A stretch of DNA of 64,000 nt from an uncultured bacterium (GTDB lineage Bacteria > Bacillota > Clostridia > Oscillospirales > Oscillospiraceae): the NCBI GenBank assembly GCA_947643715.1, contig CANRXB010000012.1, forward strand, positions 444-64,443, given 5' to 3'. Positions 53,686 to 62,734 of this stretch are shown here, piece after piece. The translations under genes were made by a program, and so were the position numbers. Each line of letters opens with the position of its first letter. Position 1 is the stretch's first letter. A model generated the notes under the pieces. The model saw nothing but the letters and a program-made list of their open reading frames with translations, did no database searches and had not been told where the DNA came from.

Positions 53686-55313
53686 AAACTGATAAAGCGG
53701 AAGGAAGCTGTTCGGCGGTCAAAAACGGCCCTCACAGGGCCGCCGCATCTCAAGTGGACGTCCAGATGGATCTCCTCTCTCGTACTGCCCTTTTTCACCA
53801 CGATATGGTCCAATATCGTGGTGACGAGGGAGGGATCGATGCCGTTTTGGAAGGTCAGTTCTCGCTCCAGGACGGCGCGGATCTCCTCCGTCCTGGCGGC
53901 GGTCCCTCTGCTCTTTTCCGCCTCCATCCGAAGCGCCGCCCGCTTTTCTTCCAAGGCTTCGGCCTGCCGGTTGAAGCTGTCGTTGCGCTGCTTGAACTCC
54001 GCCATGGTGACGATGCCTTCGATGCTCATCTCCAGCAGGCGGTCTTTTTTTGCCCGGATCGCAGCCAGGTCCTCCTCGATCCGGCGGATATCCTGGGTAT
54101 AGTCGCGCTCCTCCGGGACGGCCCGGAGAACGCTCATCACCGCGCCGATGATGGCCTGTTTGTCCTGAGCGAGCCTGTCGAAGATCTCGGCCATGATCCG
54201 ATCCAGCTCCTTGGTGCGCAGATGAGGGGCCGTACACCCCGCCCTCCCCCGGCTGCGGTACTCCCGGCATTGCCACGTCTCTGTCGTCCCTTTGGCGCTC
54301 TTGATGGCCTGCCGGTGGAACCGGGTCCCGTGCGCCTCACATACGATCTTACCGCTGTAGGGATATCGGTCATGGAACTGCGCCCCGCTCTGGTGGGACT
54401 TCATCTGCCGGCTCCTCTGTTTGTACAGCGCGTTCGCCCGGTCCCACAGCTCCTCGGACACGATCGCCGGGACGGACGGATCGGGGTACATCACCCACTC
54501 GCTCTCGTCTAGGAATACCTTCCGCTTGCTGCGGTAGTCCACCGTCTGGGACTTGTTGGCGCAGTACCAGCCCTTGTATTTGGGGTTGCACAGGATGTTC
54601 CGGATGGTCAGCACGTTGAAGGCGTTGCCCCTGCGGCTGGTGAAGCCCTCGTCCAGCAGCGTCCGGGAGATGCGCCGTATCCCCATCTGCCGGTTGGCGT
54701 AGAGGTCGAAGATCCGCCGCACCACCTGGGCCTCCTCTTCGTCGATGGTCAGCACACAGTCCTTCTTGTCATACCCCCAGATCCGGTCGTTGCCCAGCAC
54801 ATGCCCGTTCTTGATGGCCTGCCGGAAGCCGAACTTCAGCCGCTCGGACAGCTTGCGCACCTCGTCCTGGGCCACCCCGGCCATGACCACCAGGCGGAAC
54901 TCGCTGTCGCTGTCCAGGGTGTTGATGTTGTCGTTCTGGAACAGCACCCCCACGTCGTGCTCCAGCAGCTCCTGGGTGTACTTGATGCTGTCCAGGGTGG
55001 AGCGGGAAAAGCGGGATATCTCCTTCGTGATGATGAAGTCGAAGCACCCCGCTTTGGCGTCCGCTATCATCCGCAAGAAGCTGTCCCGCTTTTTGGTGCT
55101 GGTTCCGGAGATGCCCTCGTCGATGTATCCCGGCACGAATATCCAGTCGCGCTTGCTCCGGATCAGCTCGGTGTAGTATTGGACCTGGTTCCCCAGGCTG
55201 TTGATCTGCTCGTCCTTGTCGGTGGAGACCCTGGCATAGAAGGTCACCCGCAGAGGAAGCTCGAAAATGGTCCTCCCCTTCCGCAGCTCATTTCGTATCT
55301 CAAGGATATCCAC
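53682..55313 (-). CDS. Large serine recombinase (SpoIVCA-like)
   Basis: FYARVST catalytic motif, KEISRFSR, recombinase domain, Zn-ribbon CEAHG...WQC...C, coiled coil; GTG start after AGGAGG. Confidence 0.95.
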   Translation of the reverse strand: MDILEIRNELRKGRTIFELPLRVTFYARVSTDKDEQINSLGNQVQYYTELIRSKRDWIFVPGYIDEGISGTSTKKRDSFLRMIADAKAGCFDFIITKEISRFSRSTLDSIKYTQELLEHDVGVLFQNDNINTLDSDSEFRLVVMAGVAQDEVRKLSERLKFGFRQAIKNGHVLGNDRIWGYDKKDCVLTIDEEEAQVVRRIFDLYANRQMGIRRISRTLLDEGFTSRRGNAFNVLTIRNILCNPKYKGWYCANKSQTVDYRSKRKVFLDESEWVMYPDPSVPAIVSEELWDRANALYKQRSRQMKSHQSGAQFHDRYPYSGKIVCEAHGTRFHRQAIKSAKGTTETWQCREYRSRGRAGCTAPHLRTKELDRIMAEIFDRLAQDKQAIIGAVMSVLRAVPEERDYTQDIRRIEEDLAAIRAKKDRLLEMSIEGIVTMAEFKQRNDSFNRQAEALEEKRAALRMEAEKSRGTAARTEEIRAVLERELTFQNGIDPSLVTTILDHIVVKKGSTREEIHLDVHLRCGGPVRAVFDRRTASFRFISF

Positions 55314-55482
55314 CCTGCTCCGCCTCCTTCGCCGGGCACACAGGATACCGGAAAAACGCAGGGACATCCATCCCAGAACGCACCAGATCCATCGCGCCCA
55401 GATAGGTGGCCCTCGACAAAAGCCCGCGGGCGTAGAGCGCTTCCAAAAGGACGCCCATCAGCTCCTGCTGCGCACGTTCCAT
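55300..55482 (-). CDS. Small protein (60 aa) overlapping the recombinase start; candidate directionality factor
   Basis: GAGGTG RBS 7 nt upstream; overlaps the recombinase GTG; function is inference. Confidence 0.6.
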   Translation of the reverse strand: MERAQQELMGVLLEALYARGLLSRATYLGAMDLVRSGMDVPAFFRYPVCPAKEAEQGGYP

Positions 55483-55619
55483 GCTGCATCACCTCATCCA
55501 TGGATATGTGGCGGCATGAGGGAAGATTCCAGACGATCCGGGACCGATGTGAGGCGCCTCCCCGTTTCCGGGCGCATCCGACACGGCGCGCATCCCCTCG
55601 CATGACCCGAGAAGAACGA

Positions 55620-55648
55620 TTGCTATTTTAGACAGTTTCTGGTATACT
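55620..55648 (+). promoter_or_regulatory. sigA promoter of the skin cargo operon
   Basis: TTGCTA-N17-TATACT with an extended TG. Confidence 0.65.
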
Positions 55649-55698
55649 ATCATCTCCAGTGTTTATCAGGAATGACGACACGAGAAAGGAGAACGACC

Positions 55699-57756
55699 AT
55701 GGATAAAAGATTTGGACCGCTGTTCACCCCGTGGAAGATCGGAAACTGTGAGATCAAGAACCGGGTGGTGCTCACCTCTATGGGAGGCACGGACCTGCTG
55801 GGCTGGATGGAGAAGAACCATTTCGACCGGGCCGGGGCCCGATTCATCCTGGAGGCGGCCCGAAACGATGTGGGGCTGGTGCTGCCCGGCTGCCAGCCGG
55901 TGTACAACCCCATGTTCGGCCAGTGGCTGCACAAAAACAAGAAGATGTACCGGGATCTGGCCGCCTGGATGCCCGAGTTCCACAAGACCGGGGCCAAGCT
56001 GTTCGTCCAGCTCACCGCGGGCTTCGGCCGCTCCTTCACCATCAGCTCCATGATGGAGATGCTGTACACCAACCCCGCTCTGCGGGCGCTGTCCAGACCC
56101 TTCATGGATCTGGACAAGATCACCGCCACCGCCAGCCCCTCCCCCAACCGCTGGTCGGACAAGGTGCCCTCCCGCGAGATGACGGTGGCGGAGATCCGGG
56201 AGTTCGTGGACGCCTTCGCCCAGACCGCCAAGCTCCTCCAGGACGCCGGGGTGGACGGAGTGGAGGTCCACGCCGTCCACGAGGGCTACCTGCTGGACCA
56301 GTTCACCTTGAAGTATGTCAACAAGCGCACGGATCAGTACGGCGGCTCCTTCGAGAACCGCTACCGCTTCCCGGTGGAGATCGTCCAGGCCATCAAAGCG
56401 GCCTGCGGCCGGGACTTCCCCGTCTCCCTGCGGTACAGCGTGGTGTCCAAGACCAAGGGCTTCCGCCAGGGCGCCCTCCCTGGGGAGGACTTCGTGGAGG
56501 CCGGCCGTGACATGGAGGAATCGGAGCGAGCGGCGAAGTACCTCCAGGACGCGGGGTACGACATGCTCAATTGCGACAACGGCACCTACGACGCCTGGTA
56601 TTGGGCCCATCCGCCCATCTACATGCCGGAGAACTGCAACCTGGCCGACGTGGAGCACATCAAGAAGTTCGTGGACATCCCGGTGGTGTGCGCCGGGCGG
56701 CTGGATCCCCGGACGGCGGCCGAGTCCATCGAGGCGGGCAGACTGGACGGCGCGGGCTTCGCCCGGCAGTTCCTGGCCGACCCGGCCTGGGTCACCAAGC
56801 TGATGGAGGGCCGGGAGGCGGACATCCGTCCTTGCATCCTGTGCCACAACGGCTGCTTCAACATGTCCCACTACGAGGGCGTCCCCAACGACCAGGACCT
56901 GTACGACAGCCTCCACATGGCCCGGTGCGCCGTCAATGCGGAGATGATGCAGTGGGACCGGCACCATATCGACAAAGCCTTCTCCCCCAAGCGGGTACAT
57001 ATCATCGGCGGGGGCCTGGGCGGCATGGAGGCGGCCCGGGTACTGAAGCTCCGGGGCCACGAACCGATCGTCTACGAGAAGAGCGGCCGGCTGGGCGGGG
57101 CGTTCATCGCCGCCGGGGCGGAGTCCTACAAGGGCAAGCTCAGGGACCTGCTGGCCTGGTATGAACGGCAGATGGAGCAATTGGGGATCGAGATCCATCT
57201 CGGCACGGAGATCGGAGATGTGAGCCGGTTCGGGACGGATCAGGTGATCGTGGCCACCGGCGCGGCCCCCATCGTGCTCCGGGGCATCCAAGGCCACGAG
57301 CGGATGATAGAGGCCATCGACTTCCTGCTGGGGAACGAGACCGTGGGCGAGCGGGTGGCCGTCGTGGGCGGCGGGCTCACCGGCTGCGAGATCGCCTACG
57401 AGCTGGCCCTCCAGGGCAAGCATCCCGTCATCATCGAGATGAAGAACGATCTGGTGGCCCAAAAGGGCGTGTGCCTGGCCAACAGCTCCTATCTCCGGGA
57501 GTGGTTCGCCCTGCACGGCGTGCCCATCCACCTGGAGACCACCTTGACCGCTGTCCACGAGGACAAGGTGGTCTGCCGGGACAAGGACGGCAGGACGGTG
57601 GAGATCCCCTGCGACAGCGTCATCAGCTCGGTGGGCTACGTGCCCCGGCCTTTGGCGGGCAAGGGCCGCAACATCCACTTCGTGGGTGACTGCAAGCAGG
57701 TGGGCAACGTCAAGACCGTGATCTGGGGTGCCTACGAGGCGGCCATGAAGATCTGA
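55699..57756 (+). CDS. Old-yellow-enzyme class Fe-S flavoenzyme (enoate reductase / BaiCD-H-like)
   Basis: EVHAVHEGYLLDQF, YGGSFENRYRF, CILCHNGC Fe-S motif, IIGGGLGGMEAA FAD/NAD site; start set at ATG 55699. Confidence 0.9.
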   Translation: MDKRFGPLFTPWKIGNCEIKNRVVLTSMGGTDLLGWMEKNHFDRAGARFILEAARNDVGLVLPGCQPVYNPMFGQWLHKNKKMYRDLAAWMPEFHKTGAKLFVQLTAGFGRSFTISSMMEMLYTNPALRALSRPFMDLDKITATASPSPNRWSDKVPSREMTVAEIREFVDAFAQTAKLLQDAGVDGVEVHAVHEGYLLDQFTLKYVNKRTDQYGGSFENRYRFPVEIVQAIKAACGRDFPVSLRYSVVSKTKGFRQGALPGEDFVEAGRDMEESERAAKYLQDAGYDMLNCDNGTYDAWYWAHPPIYMPENCNLADVEHIKKFVDIPVVCAGRLDPRTAAESIEAGRLDGAGFARQFLADPAWVTKLMEGREADIRPCILCHNGCFNMSHYEGVPNDQDLYDSLHMARCAVNAEMMQWDRHHIDKAFSPKRVHIIGGGLGGMEAARVLKLRGHEPIVYEKSGRLGGAFIAAGAESYKGKLRDLLAWYERQMEQLGIEIHLGTEIGDVSRFGTDQVIVATGAAPIVLRGIQGHERMIEAIDFLLGNETVGERVAVVGGGLTGCEIAYELALQGKHPVIIEMKNDLVAQKGVCLANSSYLREWFALHGVPIHLETTLTAVHEDKVVCRDKDGRTVEIPCDSVISSVGYVPRPLAGKGRNIHFVGDCKQVGNVKTVIWGAYEAAMKI

Positions 57757-57766
57757 GGAGGAAGCC

Positions 57767-59050
57767 ATGAGCGTAAAGATGAAACTGACCGCCGAGCAAC
57801 AGGCCATCCTGGACGGCAGCCAGGGGGAGACGCTGGCCAAGGTGATGGAGACGCTGGTGCGCTATGGCGAGCTGTTCGGGGCGGACTCCATGGCGCCCGT
57901 CACCAGCCAGTACAACCACCTGGTCACCTCCTTCGGGCTGAAGGCCCTGGGGCCGGTGTACGATCTGATGGACAAACTGATCGCGGAGGGCGCGGCGTCC
58001 AAGCAGCCGTTCTCCGCCGACCCCCGGCCGGTGGACAAGAACGTGCCCAGCTCTTTTTTGCAGGACTTCGTGTTCCGGAACTTCATGTACACCAAGCAGG
58101 ACTTTTACGAGGACCAGCTCAGCAAGCTGGGCCTCATGGACCGGGACGCTTTCACCTGCGCCTGCTATCTGGACCAGGTGGGCAACACCCCGAAGGAGGG
58201 GGACGTCCTGTCCTGGTCGGAGTCCTCCGCCGTGGTGTATGCCAACTCGGTGCTGGGGGCCCGGTGCAACCGCAACTCGGGCATCATCGACCTGATGGGC
58301 TCGGTGGTGGGGCACGTGCCCTACTTCGGCCTGCTCACCGACGAGGGGCGCAAGGCCACCTGGATCGTGGAGGTCAAGACCACCAAGAAGCCGGAGGCCC
58401 AGCTCCTGGGCTCCGCCATCGGCATGAAGGTGATGGAGGACGTGCCCTACCTCGTGGGGCTGGACCGGTGGCTGGGGACGCTGGACGACGCGGCCAGGAC
58501 CTACCTCAAGGACTTCGGCGCGGCCACCGCCTCCAACGGCGCGGTGGGCCTGTACCATGTGGAGGGCATCACCCCGGAGGCCGTCCGGCAGGGCCGGGAG
58601 CTGGTGGCGGAGGACGCCCAGGTATATGTGGTGGACGACGCGGAGCTCCAGCGGGTATACGACAGCTACCCTGTGATGTGGAAGGACAAGGGCGCGAGAC
58701 CGAAGCTGTGCTTCATGGGCTGTCCCCACATGAGCCTGGAGCAGCTCACCACCTGGACGGAGCGGGTGGAGCAGGGCCTGAGAGATTCGGGGCGGAAAAA
58801 GGTGGCCATCCCCACCGTGTTCACCGCCGCCCCCGCGGTCATCGAGCAGTTCCAGGCCACGCCCTATGGGGAGCGGCTGAAAAAGACGGGGGTCGTGCTC
58901 AGCTACATCTGCCCGCTGATGTATATGAACAACCCCTTGAGCGGCAAGATGCCCGTCATCACCTCCAGCAACAAGCTGCGCACCTATACCACCGCAAGGT
59001 ACTACACAGACGACGAGATCCTCGTCCAGATCACGAAAGGGGGCGACTGA
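57767..59050 (+). CDS. Aconitase X catalytic subunit (DUF521)
   Basis: FTCACY, WSESSAVVYANSVLGARCNR, GAVGLYHVEGITPE, FMGCPH, ICP, TSSNKLRTY. Confidence 0.88.
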   Translation: MSVKMKLTAEQQAILDGSQGETLAKVMETLVRYGELFGADSMAPVTSQYNHLVTSFGLKALGPVYDLMDKLIAEGAASKQPFSADPRPVDKNVPSSFLQDFVFRNFMYTKQDFYEDQLSKLGLMDRDAFTCACYLDQVGNTPKEGDVLSWSESSAVVYANSVLGARCNRNSGIIDLMGSVVGHVPYFGLLTDEGRKATWIVEVKTTKKPEAQLLGSAIGMKVMEDVPYLVGLDRWLGTLDDAARTYLKDFGAATASNGAVGLYHVEGITPEAVRQGRELVAEDAQVYVVDDAELQRVYDSYPVMWKDKGARPKLCFMGCPHMSLEQLTTWTERVEQGLRDSGRKKVAIPTVFTAAPAVIEQFQATPYGERLKKTGVVLSYICPLMYMNNPLSGKMPVITSSNKLRTYTTARYYTDDEILVQITKGGD

Positions 59051-59051
59051 G

Positions 59052-59501
59052 ATGCGCCAGTTCCAAGGCCGGGTGGTATCTCCCGGCAAGCTCACCGCCA
59101 AGGCTCTGGTGTCCCACGGGGGGCTGAACACCCTGGCCTCCTTCCAGAAGGCCCTGCAGTTCGGAGACAAGAAGGCCACCTGCGGCGACCAGAACAACCC
59201 CGACCTCTACGGCAAGCAGATGGCCGGGAAGGCCCTGTGCCTGCCCCGGACCATCGGCTCCACCACCGGAGGGCTGGTGCTGTACTGCGCCTGTTCCATG
59301 GGGCGCCAGCCGGCGTGCCTGTTGTTCTCCGAGCCCATCGACTCCCTGGCGGCCGCCGGGGCGGTGCTGTCCGACGTCTGGCTGGAGGGGGAACACACCT
59401 CCATGCCGGTGGTGGACAGTCTGGGCGAGGAGTTCCTGGACTTCGTCCAGGACGGCATGACCATCAACGTCCTGTCGGACGGCGTGGTCCAGGTCATCTG
59501 A
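59052..59501 (+). CDS. Aconitase X swivel subunit (DUF126)
   Basis: GRVVSPG, MAGKALCLPRTIGSTTG, AAGAVL, MPVVD. Confidence 0.85.
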   Translation: MRQFQGRVVSPGKLTAKALVSHGGLNTLASFQKALQFGDKKATCGDQNNPDLYGKQMAGKALCLPRTIGSTTGGLVLYCACSMGRQPACLLFSEPIDSLAAAGAVLSDVWLEGEHTSMPVVDSLGEEFLDFVQDGMTINVLSDGVVQVI

Positions 59502-59513
59502 CGGAGGGCGCGC

Positions 59514-60272
59514 ATGACGATCTTATCTCGATTGAACGGCCCGGCCGTGTATGCCGTGTGCGGCGGCATCGTGGCCTTCGTGGCCGTGGTCTGCGTCGTG
59601 TTCATGGTCCGGGCCTGGCGGGCCGGCGTGGCCCTGGGCATGGACAAGACCAAGATGCGCCGGGTGGTCACCGCCAGCATCACCTTCTCCGCCCTGCCCA
59701 GCGTGGGGATCCTCTTGGGGGTCATCGCCCTGTCGGGCAGCCTGGGCACTCCCTGGCCCTGGCTGCGGCTGAGCGTGGTGGGCGCCCTCCACTACGAGAC
59801 GCAGGTGGCCCAGGCCGCCGCCGAGCAGGTGGGCATGAGCAGCCTCTCCGCCGCTGAGATGACGCCTCGGGCCTTCACCACCATCGCCCTGCTCATGAGC
59901 GTATGTATCATGTGGGGGATGCTGCTGTCCGCCCTGTTCAACAAGCGGTATCTCAAGAAGCTGGGCGCAGGCACGGGCTCCGGCGGCGGGGCCGTGGCGG
60001 GCTTCGGCGACAAGGCCATGACCGCCATGTTCATCGGCCTCATCTGCGCCTATGTGGGCAGCTATATCGGCGGCTTCGTGTCCGGGGAAGGGCCGTTCAC
60101 CTTCGCCGGGGACTGGACGCCGCTGGCAGTGGCCGGGGTGTCCGGCCTGACCATGGCCGGGTGCGTCTGGCTGTCGGAGAAAAAGGGCATGGCCTGGCTG
60201 GAGAGCTTCTCCATCGCGGGCAGCATGCTGCTGGGCATGGCCGCGGCGGTGCTGCTGCGGCTGTGGCTGTAG
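59514..60272 (+). CDS. DUF5058 family membrane protein
   Basis: LGTPWPWLRLSVVGALHYE motif; multiple TM helices. Confidence 0.8.
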   Translation: MTILSRLNGPAVYAVCGGIVAFVAVVCVVFMVRAWRAGVALGMDKTKMRRVVTASITFSALPSVGILLGVIALSGSLGTPWPWLRLSVVGALHYETQVAQAAAEQVGMSSLSAAEMTPRAFTTIALLMSVCIMWGMLLSALFNKRYLKKLGAGTGSGGGAVAGFGDKAMTAMFIGLICAYVGSYIGGFVSGEGPFTFAGDWTPLAVAGVSGLTMAGCVWLSEKKGMAWLESFSIAGSMLLGMAAAVLLRLWL

Positions 60273-60287
60273 GAAGGGGGCCATCCA

Positions 60288-60980
60288 ATGAACGAACGAG
60301 ACGGACAGGCGGCATTCGACCGCTATAACGAGCAGACCCACCTCATCGGCCAGGTGGTGAGCGTCGCCACCCTGGTCTTGCTCATCGGCGCTCCCTTCGT
60401 ACTGGGCGCCATCCTGGGCGACATGCCCGACGTCGGGGCGGTCGCCCGGAGCTTCCTCTCCGTGGGCCTGGTGTGGATGGTCAGCGGAGTGGCGGAATAC
60501 CTCATCTATACCCCTATGCTGGGGGCGGGAGGGAGCTATCTGGCCTTCATCACCGGCAACCTCATCAACATGAAGATCCCCTGCGCCATCAGCGCCCGGG
60601 ACATGGTGGGCGCCAAGACGGGGACGGCGGAGAACGAGGTGATCTCCACGCTGTCCATCGCGGCGTCCTCCCTGGTGACCATCCTGGTGCTGGCTTTGGG
60701 CGTGCTGCTGCTGGTCCCGCTCCAGCCCATCCTCCAGAGCGAGGTGCTCCAGCCCGCTTTCGCCAACGTGGTCCCCGCGCTGTTCGGGGCCATGGCATAC
60801 AAGTATTTCCGGGGGAACATGAAGATCGCCGTCACACCGCTGGTGGTCATGAGCCTGCTGTTCATGCTGGTCCCCAGCCTCACCGGGTCCACCAGCTTCA
60901 TGATCGTCCCCAGCGGAGCTATGGCCATCGCCATCACCTGGGTCCTATACCGACATGAAAGGAAGTCGAACGACAAATGA
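60288..60980 (+). CDS. Membrane protein that typically partners DUF5058 (putative transporter subunit)
   Basis: YTPMLGAGGSYLAFITGNLINMKIPCA; TM-rich. Confidence 0.75.
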   Translation: MNERDGQAAFDRYNEQTHLIGQVVSVATLVLLIGAPFVLGAILGDMPDVGAVARSFLSVGLVWMVSGVAEYLIYTPMLGAGGSYLAFITGNLINMKIPCAISARDMVGAKTGTAENEVISTLSIAASSLVTILVLALGVLLLVPLQPILQSEVLQPAFANVVPALFGAMAYKYFRGNMKIAVTPLVVMSLLFMLVPSLTGSTSFMIVPSGAMAIAITWVLYRHERKSNDK

Positions 60981-62557
60981 AGAAAAGACATAAGCGCGCG
61001 CTGGCCATACTGGCCGCAAAAAAGGCGGGGGGATATCTCCTAGACGCGGCGGTGGCCCGGAAAATGCCGCCCAAGCGGGTCGAACGGCCTGAGCCCCCCA
61101 AGCAGTGCCCCTATGCCAAAGCTGCCGCCACCGCTCTGACCGCAGTCGGGGTGGCCGCAGGAGCCGCCCTGGGCGTGGCGCTGGCCCGCACCGCCCTGAC
61201 CCCGAAGAAACGATCCGAATATGTCCCCGCCCCGGACGGCCGGGCCATGGACTATGCCCAGAAGCTGTCCGCCATGGTCCAATGCGACACGACCTCCCAC
61301 GCCGGCGTGGCGGAAACAGAAAAGTTCCTGGCCTTCCACAAGGAGCTGGAGCGGCTGTTCCCCCTGGTCCACCGGGATCTGGAAAAGACCGTCATCGACG
61401 GCAACCTGCTCTTCCGCTGGAAGGGCAGGACGGACGCGGACCCCATCGTCCTCATGAGCCACCAGGACGTGGTGCCCGCCGAGGGAGAATGGCTCCACCC
61501 GCCCTTCTCCGGCGCCATCGTGGATGGCAAGGTGTGGGGCCGGGGCGCTTTCGACACGAAAGCCTCCCTCATGGCCTTCTTCCAGGGCGTGGAGGAGCTG
61601 TTGGCCGAGGGCTATGTGCCTGAGTGCGACGTGTATCTGGCCTCCTCCTGCACCGAGGAGTGGGCGGGAGACGGGGCCCCCAAGCTGGTGGCCGAGCTCC
61701 AGCGCCGGAACGTGCGTCCCTTCCTGGTCATCGACGAGGGCGGCGGCGTGATCACCGACCCCATCGGCGGCGTCAAGGGCAATTTCGCCATGGTGGGCGT
61801 GTTCGAGAAGGGCAAGGCGGACGTGCGCTTCACCGCCCGCAGCTCCGGCGGACACGCCAGCGCCCCAGGCAAGGGCACCCCCATCGCCCGGCTGTCGGCT
61901 TTCGTCAACGAGATGGAGACCAAGCCCCCCTTCCGGAAGAAGCTCCTGCCGGAAGTGAAGGCCATGTTCAGGCGCCTGTCCCCCTACGCCCCCTTCCACC
62001 TGCGGCTGGTGATGGGCAACCTGTGGCTGTTCGGCCCGGTGATGAAGAAGGTCATGCCTGCCGTCTCCGCCCAAGCCGCGGCCATGCTCCAGACCACCAT
62101 CGCCTTCACCATGCAGTCCGGGTCCGACGCCTGCAACGTCTTGCCCCAGCAGGCCAGCGTCAGCGCCAATATGCGTTTCATCCCTCACCAGGGGGAGCGG
62201 GAGAGCCTGGACCTGGTCCGGGAACGGGCGGCGAAATACGGCTTGGAGATGGAGATCATGCACTCCAGCGACTACACCAGGCCCGTGGACATCAAGGGCA
62301 AGGCGTTCCGCCAGGTGGAGCAGGTCATCGAGGCCACCTTCCCCGGACTGCCGGTGTGTCCTTACGTGATGACCGGCGCCACCGACGCCAGCTTCTATCA
62401 GGCCATCTGTGACGATTGCGTCCGCTTCGCCCCGGTCGTGGCCGGGCCGGAGCAGATGAAGGGGATGCACGGCCTGAACGAGACCATGGGCGTGGATTGT
62501 CTGCCCAAAGCGGTCGATTTCTATAAGGACCTGATCCGCGCCCAGGAGAGACGGTGA
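60977..62557 (+). CDS. M20/M25/M40 family metallo-peptidase/amidohydrolase with N-terminal basic extension and TM anchor
   Basis: SHQDVVP, GRGAFDTK, CTEEW, IDEGG, GGHAS, HGLNE. Confidence 0.9.
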   Translation: MKKRHKRALAILAAKKAGGYLLDAAVARKMPPKRVERPEPPKQCPYAKAAATALTAVGVAAGAALGVALARTALTPKKRSEYVPAPDGRAMDYAQKLSAMVQCDTTSHAGVAETEKFLAFHKELERLFPLVHRDLEKTVIDGNLLFRWKGRTDADPIVLMSHQDVVPAEGEWLHPPFSGAIVDGKVWGRGAFDTKASLMAFFQGVEELLAEGYVPECDVYLASSCTEEWAGDGAPKLVAELQRRNVRPFLVIDEGGGVITDPIGGVKGNFAMVGVFEKGKADVRFTARSSGGHASAPGKGTPIARLSAFVNEMETKPPFRKKLLPEVKAMFRRLSPYAPFHLRLVMGNLWLFGPVMKKVMPAVSAQAAAMLQTTIAFTMQSGSDACNVLPQQASVSANMRFIPHQGERESLDLVRERAAKYGLEMEIMHSSDYTRPVDIKGKAFRQVEQVIEATFPGLPVCPYVMTGATDASFYQAICDDCVRFAPVVAGPEQMKGMHGLNETMGVDCLPKAVDFYKDLIRAQERR

Positions 62558-62587
62558 GCGCTCCGGCATAGGTCCGCGCGGACACAA

Positions 62588-62637
62588 GGGCTCATACCAC
62601 GATCGTTCGCAGCCCTAAACGATCGCGGTATGAGCCC
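62588..62637. other. Long hairpin near the right end of element 1
   Basis: 20-bp arms with one mismatch (GGGCTCATACC[A/G]CGATCGTT), 10-nt loop, no U tract. Confidence 0.6.
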
Positions 62638-62734
62638 TAATCTGTGTGGCGTATCAAAGATGGCGCATACGATCCGGTGGTCCCTGAGAGGCCGCTTTCG
62701 ACCAGGAAACATCTTCCCTTTGCTTCACCCGTCT

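Noticed and set aside
55483-55560. sigE/sigK promoter for the recombinase operon (CATATCCAT)
   Set aside because: Only a partial -10 match and no convincing -35; not reported as a feature
55666-57840. 724-aa minus-strand ORF in element 1
   Set aside because: Antisense to the flavoenzyme, which has the RBS, promoter and motifs
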